From the NCBI GenBank assembly GCA_951406725.2, contig OX597814.1:139128001-139192000 (forward strand): a stretch of 64,000 nt of DNA, in the 5' to 3' direction. This document shows positions 1 through 12,463 of the stretch, one piece after another. Numbering within the stretch: the first letter of the stretch is position 1; the number at the start of each line of letters is the position of its first letter. The notes beneath the pieces are model-generated. The model was not told the origin of the DNA. It was given only the letters and a program-made list of their open reading frames with translations, and did no database searches. Made by a program: the position numbers and the translations under genes. The DNA is from Octopus vulgaris (taxonomy: Eukaryota).

Positions 1-369
1 TACTACCACCACCACCACCACGACTACTACAGTACAGTTAAGGTTGACTAACACTTTTTTTCTGCAATATTATGGAAGTATATCGCTAATGTTTGTGTTA
101 CTCTGAAAGAATGGTTTTCATGTTCCTAAGAGAAAGATTGAGCTAAAAAATCCTGAGCCCTTATGTTGTTCAATTTTGTCATGTTTTCCTTTAACGAAAA
201 AAAAAGAACTCGGTGATTATTTAATTTACAGGCGTTTCTAAGTTGTCCGGTAATAACAGTAACACATTCACAAGGACACAGTGATTGATGCGATGTTGTG
301 AAACAATTCATATTCCCCTGTAAGGAAACACTATCAGCTGTTGTTTTCTAGAACTTCTCAATGCACCTA

Positions 370-541
370 CAGGGGTAAGCATGGCTGAGTGGTTAAGGAG
401 GTCGTTCTGCAACAACGTGGTCTCGAGTTCAGTTCCACTGCACACACCTTGCACAAGTGTCTTTGATTGAAGTATCACATCGGTCAATCCTTTTGTGAGT
501 GAGTTTTAAATGAAGGAAACTGAAAAAAAAAAAGAAACTCG

Positions 542-595
<54 letters not shown>

Positions 596-846
596 CAGAT
601 AGATATCTGTAGTATATACAAACGTATGTTTGCTTTTGTGCTTGTGTTCATCATTCCTCGCCGCTTGAAAGCCGGTGTTGTTTTGTTTGCGTCCTCGTAA
701 CTCAACACTTCAGCAAAAGTGACTAACAGAATAAGTACCAGGCTGAAAAATAAATACTGGAATCGGTTTGTTCGGCTAAACCCATCTAGGCGGTGCGACA
801 GCATGGCCTCAGTTCAATAACTGAACCATCTAAAAGATGAAAGATA
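370..846 (+). mobile_element. tRNA-derived SINE, family A (CORE-like, octopus OR-type), older copy with internal (GATA)n
   Basis: A-box-like TGGCTGAGTGGTTAAG, B-box-like GAGTTCAGTTCC, ACCTTGCACAAGTG core, GAATAAGTACCAGGCT and GCATGGCC..AGT..AATAACTGAAAC 3' block shared with many copies in the window. Confidence 0.75.
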
Positions 847-1479
847 AGCAAATAAAATGCTAAAATAAAATATAGTAAAGTAAAATAAGATAAAGAGCAT
901 ATTTTTCGATAAGATCGATCCAAGCTATTTGTTCTCAGACATTCGACGTGTTACATTTACCAATTTACCGGTGAAATATGAGCTGGTTGTTGTTGACATA
1001 ATTTCATTTACCATTTCTTTGGAAGCTACATATAAGAGATATTTCTAGGTGTAGTTGCATAAATACATAGCAGCAACGTACACAAGTGGGACAGACAGAA
1101 AGGAAAACGTCAGTCTAGATATTATTAATGTGCAATGATTACATTAACGTGCATAGAGGGCTCTCGTCACCAACACTCTTAACTGAAAGCATTGAACAGA
1201 TGGCAAGACTTCGTATCTCATACCAACATAGATTTTCTATTTGATTTTCTAGTCTTTTTCATACGTATCACATACTTGCAAATATGTAACTATATCTATT
1301 TACTCACACGCATTCAGTTGTGCATATGCAATAATCAGACTCATACAGAAAGACAAATAGACACACGGAATGGTAGAGACACATGGAGACGCAGATACAG
1401 ACTCAACAATACTTATACGTGCTTTTATTCACTAACAAAATAGAAAACAAACTCATAAATATAGAAACACTATAATGCA

Positions 1480-1526
1480 CATAGACATACATACATACAT
1501 ACATAAGTACATCTATATATATATAA

Positions 1527-1567
<41 letters not shown>

Positions 1568-1780
1568 AATGCATGGACACTCACGCACGCACGCGTGCAC
1601 ACATGCGCTTGCACATACACATATATACGCAATCACGTTCAGGTATACGATGCCAAATACTTACATCTGTATGGGCCAATAAGTATATACCTTTATATAA
1701 AAGTGCGTGTTTGTATGTCTATAATATGTATGAGTGTATATAAATCCATATATATATATATGTACACATACATATAATGC

Positions 1781-1824
<44 letters not shown>

Positions 1825-1887
1825 TATATATATAATGCACAAAAACGCACACATAATACACACACCCGTGTGCATATATATAATACC

Positions 1888-1930
<43 letters not shown>

Positions 1931-2733
1931 GTATTTATGTATGTATGTGTATGTATGTGTGTGTATGTATGTGTGTGTGTATGTATGTATGTATGTATGT
2001 ATGTATGTATGTATGTATGTATGTATGTATGTATGTATGCATGCATGTATGTATATTGATGCAGACACATTTACCGATAGTCTGATAGTTACCGCGAACC
2101 ACTTACACGCAGACACAAAAGTTCGTCGATAAAGAAGCGTGCGTACATATATAGAGAGAGACAGGAGAGAAAGAGACAGTTAAACGCATACTGATCAGCA
2201 TTCAGAAACATTATTATTGACACATTCGCACACATGTCTGCTTGAACCAATCACTTTAATGGCTCAGGTGATGTAGATAACATATTTATCAACCTGAGTG
2301 ATCGATCTATAGTAAATGGGAGAGAAGTAAATAAAAATAGCACTGTGAAAATATCGATGTAGGACAAACGGACTTTTCACTTGTCATGTCTGAAACTCAC
2401 ACAACCACTATGATACAAGTACGTTTAAAGTTACTCTATGTATGCATGTACGTGTATATATGTATATATTTATGTGTATATATACATATACATGTGTGTG
2501 TGTGTGTGTATTTTTATGCATGTCTTGTACAGATACATTATATATATATATATCCGCAAGTATATATATATATATACACACACACACACCTATATACATA
2601 TATATATACACACATGTATATTCACACGCCCACATAGTTATATATAAATATACGTACATATATAACATATATATATATATATATATGTACATATATAAAT
2701 TTATATATATATGTGTTTGTGTGCATATACATA

Positions 2734-2764
<31 letters not shown>

Positions 2765-2814
2765 GTATGTATTATATATGTGTGTGTGTGAGTGTGTTGT
2801 GTGTTTGTGTGATT

Positions 2815-2873
<59 letters not shown>

Positions 2874-2880
2874 TATGGAC
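1480..2880. repeat. compound microsatellite tracts (TA)n/(CA)n/(TATG)n
   Basis: Direct reading; produces the YI/HT/VC pseudo-ORFs. Confidence 0.9.
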
Positions 2881-2937
2881 AATAACTTTAAAAATTCATG
2901 CTTATATATAAATATACAGAATGATAGATAAATATTG

Positions 2938-3385
2938 TACGGAGGTTGCGATGGGTAAATTGTTGCCATTTTATATTTTTTATTTCTCGCATGTGCATTG
3001 TTTGTTATTGCTTTTGTCGACTACATAGCGTAGTAGGGTTAGTTGAGCACCGTCTGTAAGAAAGACAGCACCATGATGCAATTCACTTTGCCAGAAATTT
3101 GGGAACGGCATGCTGTACTGCCTGGGATCCCGCCGGAAGCTCCAATACCAACATTCCAGTGTGTTTGGGTATGAATCTGAGGATAGTGCAATCTGATAAC
3201 ATGTACCGAGAGGGATATAAATCAAACATCCAGTCAACACAAGGGCCTGGAGGATATACTGCTGCCTGGGTCAAGAGGATGGCTGCTGGAAGACCCTATG
3301 TCTGGTAACAAGACTCTGCACCATGCCACACAAGCAGGAGAACTGTCATGGCTGTCAGACAGTTTCTGTGACCACATCACCCCTT
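2938..3385 (+). mobile_element. internally deleted Tc1/mariner-superfamily (maT/DD37D-like) transposon remnant
   Basis: 3265-3385 translates to WVKRMAAGRPYVW*QDSAPCHTSRRT-SWLSDSFCDHITP, the second catalytic-D region (QQDSAPxH) typical of maT transposases; IKHPVN just upstream. Confidence 0.7.
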
Positions 3386-3417
3386 CAGTATTATAGGATA
3401 TTTCGTATGCAATTTTA

Positions 3418-3768
3418 GAGTGGCTATCTGGTAAGAAGCTTGCTTCCCAATCGCATGATTCTGGATTCAGTCCCACTGTATGGCACCTTTGGGCAAGTGT
3501 CTTCTACTATAGCCTCGGACCGACCAAAGCCTTGTGAGTGGATCTGGCAGGCGGAAACTGAAAGAAACCCGTCGTATATGTGTGTGTGTGTGTGTTTCTG
3601 TTTGTCCCCTACCATCACTTGACAACCGATGTTTGTGTGTTTACGTCTCTGTCACGTAGCAGCTCGGCAAAAGTGATCGATAGAATAAGTACTAGTCTTC
3701 TAAAGAATAAGTCCTGGGGTCGATTTGTTCGACAAAAGGAGGTACTCCAGCATGGCCGCTGTCAAATC
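3418..3768 (+). mobile_element. SINE family A copy
   Basis: GGTAAGAAGCTTGCTTCCCAA..TTCAGTCCCACTG..GGGCAAGTGTCTTCTACTATAGCCTCGG..GGAAACTGAAAGAA, (TG)n, GATAGAATAAGTACTAG. Confidence 0.85.
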
Positions 3769-3861
3769 ATTTTTGCATAATTTAGACGACAATATATTCA
3801 CTGCACCCTGTACATACATATATATATGTGGGTGTGTATATATAAATATATATATATATAC

Positions 3862-3912
<51 letters not shown>

Positions 3913-4012
3913 GTAAGGAAAAATTTTTTTTTTTTTTTTATAAATGCAGAATGCTCAAATGAAAGAAGATTTTAATAAAATGAGAAATTGATAAAATATA
4001 TAAATATATATT

Positions 4013-4053
4013 TATTCAACCGGTTTTCGTCATTGTATGACTTGTCAAGAATA
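4013..4053 (-). ncRNA. minimal type I hammerhead-like motif (variant core)
   Basis: Minus strand: UAUUC-UUGACAA-GUCAU.ACA.AUGAC-GAAA-ACCGGUU-GAAUA; stem I, 5-bp stem II and palindromic stem III present, core deviates from CUGANGA. Confidence 0.45.
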
Positions 4054-4079
4054 TTTATGTTTTAAGAACCATTTATTGA

Positions 4080-4127
<48 letters not shown>

Positions 4128-4225
4128 TACATATATACATATATACATATATATATATACATATGTACATACATACATAAACACATACACACATACATAA
4201 ATATATATATACATACATATATATA

Positions 4226-4284
<59 letters not shown>

Positions 4285-4611
4285 GGCAGCGGCGGTCTTA
4301 TAGATAAATCCCGTGATTAATGATCATAGACAAATTCTGACTTTCTTCAACGCCAGATTGGCGATATGGTTCTCAAAACTGAACTTTTTGTAGTGGATGA
4401 CCAACTGCGAGGATAGATCAAGCATATTTCATTAGTCTAATTTATCATGAGATAGATCTTTCCACCTATTCTTTTACTGTATTGGCTGTTTCGTTGCGCA
4501 AAACACTTCATAATTTTAGGAATTCTTCTTGAGCACTACTTATGATAACGGCATGCACTGTGCAATAAGTATGTATATATATATATATATATAATGTTAT
4601 ATTATATCCTT

Positions 4612-4650
<39 letters not shown>

Positions 4651-4898
4651 CACACTTAGTCGCGTTAACAAAGGGAAGTGGGTTCGAGTCCCACGTGTAC
4701 GGGAATGCCTACTTTTTTTTTCTGTAGAGGGCGTATATGCCCCATTATTAAACTATTTTCTTTAGTCATTTGCACGGTGATCGCTATAAACTTTAAGCTC
4801 ATAAAAAATACCATTATTATTATTTACAGAATTGTAAAACTCGACACCGCCTAACAAAACCATTCGCACCGAACACACACACACACACACACACACAT

Positions 4899-4944
<46 letters not shown>

Positions 4945-4946
<2 letters not shown>

Positions 4947-5300
4947 GTGTATTACTTATATATAAAAAATATAAAAATGGGACGAGAACGCAAAACATCC
5001 AGACATTTAGGTGAAACGAAAGAAGGAAAACAAAATATCCAGACAGACGATACAAGGAAAACAAGGACGGATCATTCGGAGTTTTCTATCCTCAGTCGAG
5101 TTCCAGATTATCTTTGCAATTTCGGCTGGTTATACTCGGCGCTCGGGAAGATTGAAAAAGTGTTTGACGTTTCAAGCCTACGCTCTTCGACAGAAAGTGA
5201 GGCGACGAAAAAGTGGAGAGGAGGAAAAATGGACAGAGAAAAGATATATCGGGGCTAACTCTTACGCAGAGAGAGAGGGGGGAGAGTCTTACATAAACCT
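4945..5300 (-). mobile_element. Penelope-like pLTR/terminal fragment carrying a hammerhead-like motif at 5162-5197
   Basis: Minus strand CTTTCTGTCGAAGAGCGTAGGCTTGAAACGTCAAA followed by ACTTTTTCAATCTTCCCGAGCG, homologous to the repeats at 12464 and 12940. Confidence 0.55.
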
Positions 5301-6025
5301 TATGCTGATGAGCATGTTCTTATGCCCTTCTTAAGCTATTGATCATAATGATAGCGTTATCTTCCGACAGAAGCCGTGTCAAGTAGTATCCTATGTATCA
5401 GGAAATAACCACACTGCAGCACATGTTCTTTAAGCGTATTCTCACATCCACTTACTCACTCATCATTTTTATACGAGAATGTAGAGGCAGCAATAATCAG
5501 AACGCTGTAATTATTTTAATTCTTCATTTAAAAATCATATATTCAGACGCTAGAATCATAGTTCAAATATCTTGCATGGTAGGAAGCAATTTATGCTGTA
5601 ATTGTTTTATATTTAATTTTTTATATTCATAAATATTATTTCACGTTTAAATTAGTTTATAATTCTACGAAAATCGAAATTAGCTCAAGACAGTTATTGC
5701 CAGTACCAATACCGTCACGAAAATGAACGTTACTTAATTTATGAACACTTAAACTATGTAATTATTTCCAACGAAATGGAATGTGTGAGGAGATGGGGAC
5801 ATTAAAAAACAAGAACAATATAGTCATATGCTACTAATATTGGTCGAGTACCTGAGATTTCTTTAAAAAGAATTCTGTCAGCGATATATTGTTTCAATAG
5901 ACTGGATGACCGCATCATCTGGAATTTCTTCCTATTTTGGTAATTTGGTGCTGTGACCAGGCTATTCGCTCAACGTGCTAACTTTCCTGGTTTTTATATA
6001 CATGATATATGTATATATTATGCGC

Positions 6026-6470
6026 ATGAGTAGCTTACTTACCAACCACATGGTTCCGGGTTCAGTCCCACTACGTGGCACCTTGGGCAAGTGTCTTCTA
6101 CTGTAGCCTCGGGCCGACCAAAGCCTTGTGAGTGGATTTGGTGGACGGAAACTGAAAGAAGACTGTCGTATATATGTATGTATATGCGTGTGTGTGTGTG
6201 TTTGTGTGTCTATGTTTGTCCCCCCAACATCACTTAATAACCGATGCTGGTGCGTTTGTGTGTCTGTGTTTGTCCCTCTAGCATTGTTTGACAACCGATA
6301 CTGGTGTGTTTATGTCCCCGTCACTTAGCAGTTCGGCAAAAGAGACCGATAGAATAAGTACTAGGCTTACAAAGAATAAGTCCTGGGGTCGATTCGTTCG
6401 ACTACAGGCGGTGCTCCAGCATGGCTGCAGTCAAATGACTGAAACAAGTAAAAGAGTAAAAGAGTAAAAG
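6026..6470 (+). mobile_element. SINE family A copy with internal duplication and (AAAAGAGT)n tail
   Basis: Same consensus blocks; tail GAAACAAGTAAAAGAGTAAAAGAGTAAAAG. Confidence 0.85.
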
Positions 6471-6534
6471 AATACGTGTGCATGTGTGCGCGCGCGTGTG
6501 TGTATGTACATGACTCATATACATACACACACAC

Positions 6535-6598
<64 letters not shown>

Positions 6599-6766
6599 GT
6601 GGAGGCGCAATGGCCTAGTGGTTAGGGCAGCGGACTTGCGGTCGGAGGATCGCGGTTTCGATTCCCAGACCGGGCGTTGTGTGTGTTTATTGAGCGAAAA
6701 AAACACCTAAAAGCTCCACGAGGCTCCGGCAGGAGGTGGTGATCCCTGCTGTACTCTTTCACCACT
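6599..6766 (+). mobile_element. tRNA-derived SINE family D (5' part)
   Basis: TGGCCTAGTGGTTAGG A box, GGTTTCGATTCCC B box; near-identical to 63180-63480. Confidence 0.8.
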
Positions 6767-7041
6767 CTAAAAGGCGGTGCTCCAGCATGGCCACAGTCAA
6801 ATGACTGAAACAAGTACAAAAAAAAAAAATATATATATATATATATACACTAATTATTACTGACGGTGCAGAGTAGCACCTGCATTGCAAGAAATAAGAC
6901 TTAAAAGAAACCCTTAACCACTAGGTTAAAGATTTTTTATAATTTTCACATTACTATTTTGTTGAATCAGCCATAGATTCATATTGTAAATACTTTACAC
7001 TGACAGTCGAGACTCAGATAAGCCATCCAGCGATGGAGTAG

Positions 7042-7077
7042 TCACTACTGATAAGCGAAACTAATCTAGTATAGTGA
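7042..7077 (+). ncRNA. degenerate hammerhead-like motif lacking stem II
   Basis: UCACUA-CUGAUAA-GC-GAAA-CUA.AUC.UAG-UA-UAGUGA: 6-bp stem I, stem III and GUA triplet; G8>A change and stem II absent. Confidence 0.4.
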
Positions 7078-7146
7078 TCTCGGAAACGAGTATATAAAAA
7101 GCCAACTTAACATAGCGAGTCAAAATTACAAATGAGTTTGCAGACG

Positions 7147-7203
7147 TACTCATATCACGTGATTCGAACCCTGTGATGAACACTTAGTCTTCATCAGTGA
7201 GTA
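7147..7203 (-). ncRNA. minimal type I hammerhead-like motif
   Basis: Minus strand UACUCA-CUGAUGA-(imperfect stem II)-GAA-UCACGUGA-UA-UGAGUA: canonical CUGAUGA, 6-bp stem I, palindromic stem III AUCACGUGAU; one A missing from GAAA. Confidence 0.55.
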
Positions 7204-7236
7204 TTATTGTCAGAGAGTAAATATACTCATGTCACC

Positions 7237-7271
<35 letters not shown>

Positions 7272-7554
7272 TTATACAGACATAGACGAGGGCTAAATAT
7301 CCTCGCGTCATAATGTATGTCACCATAATATATGTCACCATATTTAAATATGCATATATACATACATAATATATGTATGTGTGTATGTCATTATTCAGTT
7401 TTCTTGGCAATAAAGAACAGGTTTCTAACCTAGATCCGAGGCTCTTCATTAGAATTTCAACAACATCAACAGGATATTTTTGTATGAATGCATGTATGTA
7501 TTGCTTTGTATGTAGTGAAGAGGCATAAATTATTGGTTAAGTTGTTGACTCATA

Positions 7555-7845
7555 ACGCGTTTTAATTAGATTTTCATCGACTTTAATTCTCAGGCTTAAT
7601 CTGGCCACTTCAACACTCGTACTTCTTTATGAATACTATGATTTCTCTTGCCTAATGCTTCGGCTCGTTGCCATTCACGCTCTTCTCAAATGATTTTTGT
7701 AATATGGAAGTATAGCCTTCTTGGAGATGTCTACATACACTTTATTGTTCATGACACTCATCATCTCATGTATGGAAGCAACCCCAAATGATAACATCAA
7801 CATCATTTTGTTTGACTGTTGGATTCAAGTTATCTACTTGAAATT
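7555..7845 (-). pseudogene. degenerate Tc1-like transposase fragment
   Basis: Minus-strand translation with frameshifts: LNPTVKQNDVDVIIWGCF..MNNKVYVDI..AILPYY..GNEPKH..VLKWP, matching Tc1 motifs PTVKHGGGSVMVWGCF / QDNDPKH / VLEWP. Confidence 0.65.
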
Positions 7846-8440
7846 TTCCTCTTTCTTCCTTTCCTTCTCTCTTCCTCTGTTTCTTGTCTTCTTCCTCTTT
7901 TTCTTCTTTTTTTCCTCCCCTTTTCTCTTCCCTTTCTTCTCTTCTCTTTCTTCTCTTCTTCCTCCCCTTCTCTTCTTTCTCTCTTTCTTCTCTTCTTCCT
8001 CCCCTTCTTTTCTTCTTCCTCTCTTTCTTTTCTTCCTCTCTTTCTTCTCTTCTTCCTCTCTTTCTTCTTTCCATCGTCTCCTTCTCTTCTCTTTCTTCCC
8101 TTCTTCCTCTCTTTCTTCTTTTCATCGTCTCCTCTTCTTCTCTTTCTTCTCTTCTTCCTCCCCTTCTTCTCTTCTTTCTTTCTTCTCCTCTTCCTCCCCT
8201 TCTTTTGTTCCTCCCTTTCTTCTCTTCTTCTCGTGGCCCATTTCTTTTCCATTCTGTACCCTCATCATTTTCTTTTCTTTTCTATCCTCTTCTTTCTCTA
8301 CTTCTTTTCCTCCTCCTCTTTTCCGTCATCTTATTTCCTTCTCCTTCCCTATCTCCTATCCCTTTTTCTTCCTCTCACCCTCTTCTTTTTTACGGTTTTC
8401 TCCTTTCTCTCCACCTATTCTTATTGTTTTTCACTTTTTT
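7845..8440. repeat. polypyrimidine (CT/CTT) low-complexity tract
   Basis: About 600 bp composed almost entirely of C and T on the + strand. Confidence 0.9.
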
Positions 8441-8915
8441 CTTTTAATTATTATTCCTGTTGTTATTGTTGTCGTAATTTTCCTTATTATTTATCATTAG
8501 TATTATTGTTGCTATTGTTTCTATTAGTAGTAGTAGTAGCGATAATATAATTCTTCTAGTGTTATATTGTATCGGTGTGTGTGTATGTGTGTGTGTATAT
8601 GTATGTGTGTGTACGTGTGCTCTTTGAGGGAGGGCTTATGAGCACAAAAGAAAAGAGAGACCAATAATATATGTATGTGTATATGTATACATATATACCC
8701 ATATATAAACAAACATATGTATACATATATGTACATATGAATTCACCAACACGCTAACACAGTTGTCTTTGCCACACTCAAACACACACACACATATATA
8801 TATACATGTATTTATAGTATATATACATATATATGTATATACCTATATATGTGTGTGTGTATAAATACATATGTATGTATATAAGTATATGTGTTTGTGT
8901 GTACACGTAAAGAGG

Positions 8916-8999
<84 letters not shown>

Positions 9000-9463
9000 C
9001 AAACATATATGTACATTCAGAGTATACACGGATATAAAGTTTCCTATAACAGAATACTCTCACACGACACGCACCACCTACAAAATCCATCATATCATTT
9101 CCACAGTTTCCTTTCAGATCGGTAATACGAAACTAACACACCACGCTATCTGTGAATTATTGAATGATTTATAGTTTGAAGATATTGCCGCAAAAATTAT
9201 GTCCCGCATACATGAATATTTGAGGTTGTTCGGTGCCTGGCTCTATTGACAGTATGTGTCCATACAATAAGTGTTTGCTCTAGAGTGCTATGATCCAAAA
9301 CAGCCGACCATCTAACCAACAGATTAACCAGAAAACTCTACCTCTAACCGACTGACAAACCAACAAACCAGGCAAAGCTCTTTTCTGTCGATTATGGATT
9401 TATTTTTGTGTGTCTCACTTACATTATATGTGAGTGTATGTTTCTGAATATATATATAATATA

Positions 9464-9760
9464 TAGTGGCTGCGTGGTAAGTAGCTTGCCTACCAACCAC
9501 ATGGTTCTGGGTTCAGTCCCACTGCGTGGCACCTTGGGCAAGTATCTTCTACTATAGCCTCGATCCGACAAAAGCCTTGTGTGTGGATTTGGTAAACGGA
9601 AACTGAAAAGAAGACCGTTGTATATATGTATGTGTGTGTGCGCGTGTGTGTGTGTGTGTATGTATGTGTGTGTATATATGTTTGTGTGTCTGTGTTTGCC
9701 CCCCCCCCCCCCAACATCGCTTGACAACTGATACTGAAACAAGTAAAAGAGTAAAAGAGT
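9464..9760 (+). mobile_element. SINE family A copy, internally deleted
   Basis: GTGGCTGCGTGGTAAGTAGCTTGC..GGCACCTTGGGCAAGT..; tail AAGTAAAAGAGTAAAAGAGT. Confidence 0.85.
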
Positions 9761-9773
9761 ATACACATATATT

Positions 9774-9809
<36 letters not shown>

Positions 9810-10117
9810 CATTTACTCCTTATCATATATAGTAATCGAAATGTAAATGCACCACACACACATACACACAAGTATAGTATAGGTAACTGTTATGTAGATA
9901 ATTCAATAGGTAAACAGACGGACATACAGGCATCCATGCATACCTATATAAATATATTATTGCTACTGGTGTTGTTATTAATCTTGTTGTTGATGTTATT
10001 ATTATTTCTTTTCTTCCTTTCGGGTCGATAGAAAAAGTACCAGTTGAGTACTGGGGTCGATGTAATCGATTATCCTTCTCCTCCAAATTTCAGGCCTTGT
10101 GCCTATAGTAGAAAGTA

Positions 10118-10315
<198 letters not shown>

Positions 10316-10319
10316 CCGT

Positions 10320-11158
10320 TATTGTTATTCAGTGAGAGAGCAGGGCATGCCATCAAAGTGTACCCTTATCAGACTACCCGTCTGATAAGGGTATACCAGG
10401 CACATGCATCGCAACCATATGTGCGTGACATGGTGATCTCATATCAAGATAAACAGCGCATGACCTTGTAGGTGGGGCCCAGTTAGAATTTTCTTCAGAT
10501 CGAGTGGACCATCCTACTCCAAAGCACCCTGAACAAGGGTTCTTTAAGGATGTTGAACGAAACACCCATGTTTCCAAAGGTGAATTATCGAAACCCCAAA
10601 GAATTCCTCTCAGCACATGGCTATGATGCTCCCCCACTACTTCTGCTCGTGATCAGAGATGCACATATCATCAGCCACAAAGGGACATGCTCTTTTCGAT
10701 CCTGGAATTAAATGGGTATGATGGGTCGATAAGTAAACAATTTCGCTTTTCCTCATCTATAATTGTTATATCCGGTCTATTATTTTCTAACTTCTTGTCC
10801 GTTTGAATAGGAAAGTCCCACAAAATGGTACATTTCTCTGACACCAGTACTCTTTCGTGTTCTCGGCACAGTCTCCGGTGTAAAACTTTTACAGCCTGGT
10901 CGAGCCTCCATTTCTTATATTCTTCCTATGCTAACTTGGCGCATTCTTCCACAATGTGTGCCACTGTCTCGTTCCAAGTTCCAAATGCTCTACATTTTTC
11001 TGACACATTCTCTACATACATATTTTTTCTCAAGCAGTTTGTTTTTATCGGTCGGTTTTGGGCTGCTACAATTAGGCTTTCTGTTTCTTTTTTTAATTGC
11101 CCGTTTTTTAACCAAACCCAGGATTTTGTTCCACATACGTATTCAGTGGCTCTCCAAA
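10320..11158 (-). mobile_element. R4/Dong-like RLE non-LTR retrotransposon 3' fragment with probable 3' UTR
   Basis: Minus: KSWVWLKNGQLKKETESLIVAAQ..CRAFGTWNETVAHIVEEC (CCHC knuckle, degenerate)..ILWDFPIQTDKKLENNRPDITIIDEEKRNCLLID (PD-(D/E)xK RLE); about 370-bp non-coding tail ending in AATAACAATAA. Confidence 0.8.
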
Positions 11159-11159
11159 A

Positions 11160-11615
11160 TTATATTATTATTATTTTTTTATGAAAACTCACAGCTTATT
11201 TTGCTGGATATGATGGAGAGTATCAGCTGTCCACAGCCAGCAGATTACGGTGACACTTGTTTACTGGTCATGCTTCAAGAACCTTGCGACGAATTCTTCC
11301 AGTTCTAAGCAATGTTGATTCTTGTTAGTGTTCTACCTTCACACTTGCACCGATCTTTTTCAGCCATGTTGGTAGTTTAGTGCTGATACTTCCAAATGTG
11401 CCAATTATTATTGGTATCACGTCTACTCTGCTCATTGACCACAACCTTCATATTTCCCACGTCAAATCGTCATAGTTGTTTTTATTTTTTCTTCTTTAAC
11501 TCTGATCCTGTTGTCACTGGGACATACTATGTCGATTATCATGCTGCATGTTCCTTTTTTTTATTCACCATAACAATGTCCGGCTTCCGATGTCTAGTCA
11601 GGTGATTGCACTGAA
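11160..11615 (-). mobile_element. second R4/Dong-like RLE LINE 3' end
   Basis: Minus: QCNHLTRHRKPDIVMVNKKK..IIDIVCPSDNRIRVKEEKNKNNYDDLTWEI*RLWSMSRVDVIPIIIG; ends at a short (TAA)n. Confidence 0.8.
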
Positions 11616-11617
11616 GG

Positions 11618-11687
11618 ATTGTTGTTGTTGTTGTTGAGCTGCTGCTGCTGTTGTTGTTGTTGTTGTTGTTGCTGCTGCTGCTGCTGC

Positions 11688-11780
<93 letters not shown>

Positions 11781-11790
11781 CGTCGTCGTT
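11618..11790. repeat. (TTG)n/(CTG)n compound microsatellite
   Basis: Direct reading. Confidence 0.95.
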
Positions 11791-12132
11791 AATATGATTA
11801 CTAAGTACGTTCACAGGAAGTTATACTCTGCTTTATGTATTGAGTACACTTTCTCTTGTTTTAAAACCCAGATTATAGCATATTCTAGGGGGGCCTAGAA
11901 TTTTGATAATGCATTTTTCAAAATCAGATTAAAAACAAACAGGGAGATAACTTATAGCATTGGTATTGTAATCCATAGGCTGTTCTGAAAAATAGTGTTA
12001 CGTGATTAGAGAGCATAAATTTTAAACTTCAGTGATATATAATAGGTTTGTGAGCATGAAACAGAATATATCTACGAGTGTACATGCAAAAAATTATTTA
12101 CATATATATGTATGCGTGAGTGTGTGTGTGTG

Positions 12133-12163
<31 letters not shown>

Positions 12164-12170
12164 ATATATT

Positions 12171-12241
<71 letters not shown>

Positions 12242-12317
12242 ATATGTATACGTATGTTTGTGTGTCCGTATAACTGTGTGTATATGCATATAATATATAT
12301 ATATATACATAGTACAT

Positions 12318-12360
<43 letters not shown>

Positions 12361-12463
12361 TGTGTGTATTCGCTTATACACACGCGCACATGTTACCCTA
12401 TGTACGCATTTTTATTCGAACAAACAGTAGCGTTGATACATACATTATATAATTTATATATTT

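Noticed and set aside
1403-2931. Many overlapping ORFs rich in YI/HT/VC/MYVC
   Set aside because: Translations of (TA)n, (CA)n and (TATG)n, which lack stop codons; the same applies at 12032-12430, 14717-16492, 42314-42755 and 59936-62093.
6599-6672. tRNA-like sequences (also 57018, 63180, 4670)
   Set aside because: A/B boxes continue into SINE bodies with no complete cloverleaf or terminator; these are SINE heads, not tRNA genes.
7721-8550. 259- and 243-aa hydrophobic F/L/S ORFs that look like membrane proteins
   Set aside because: Product of a CT-rich low-complexity tract that is open in nearly all frames.
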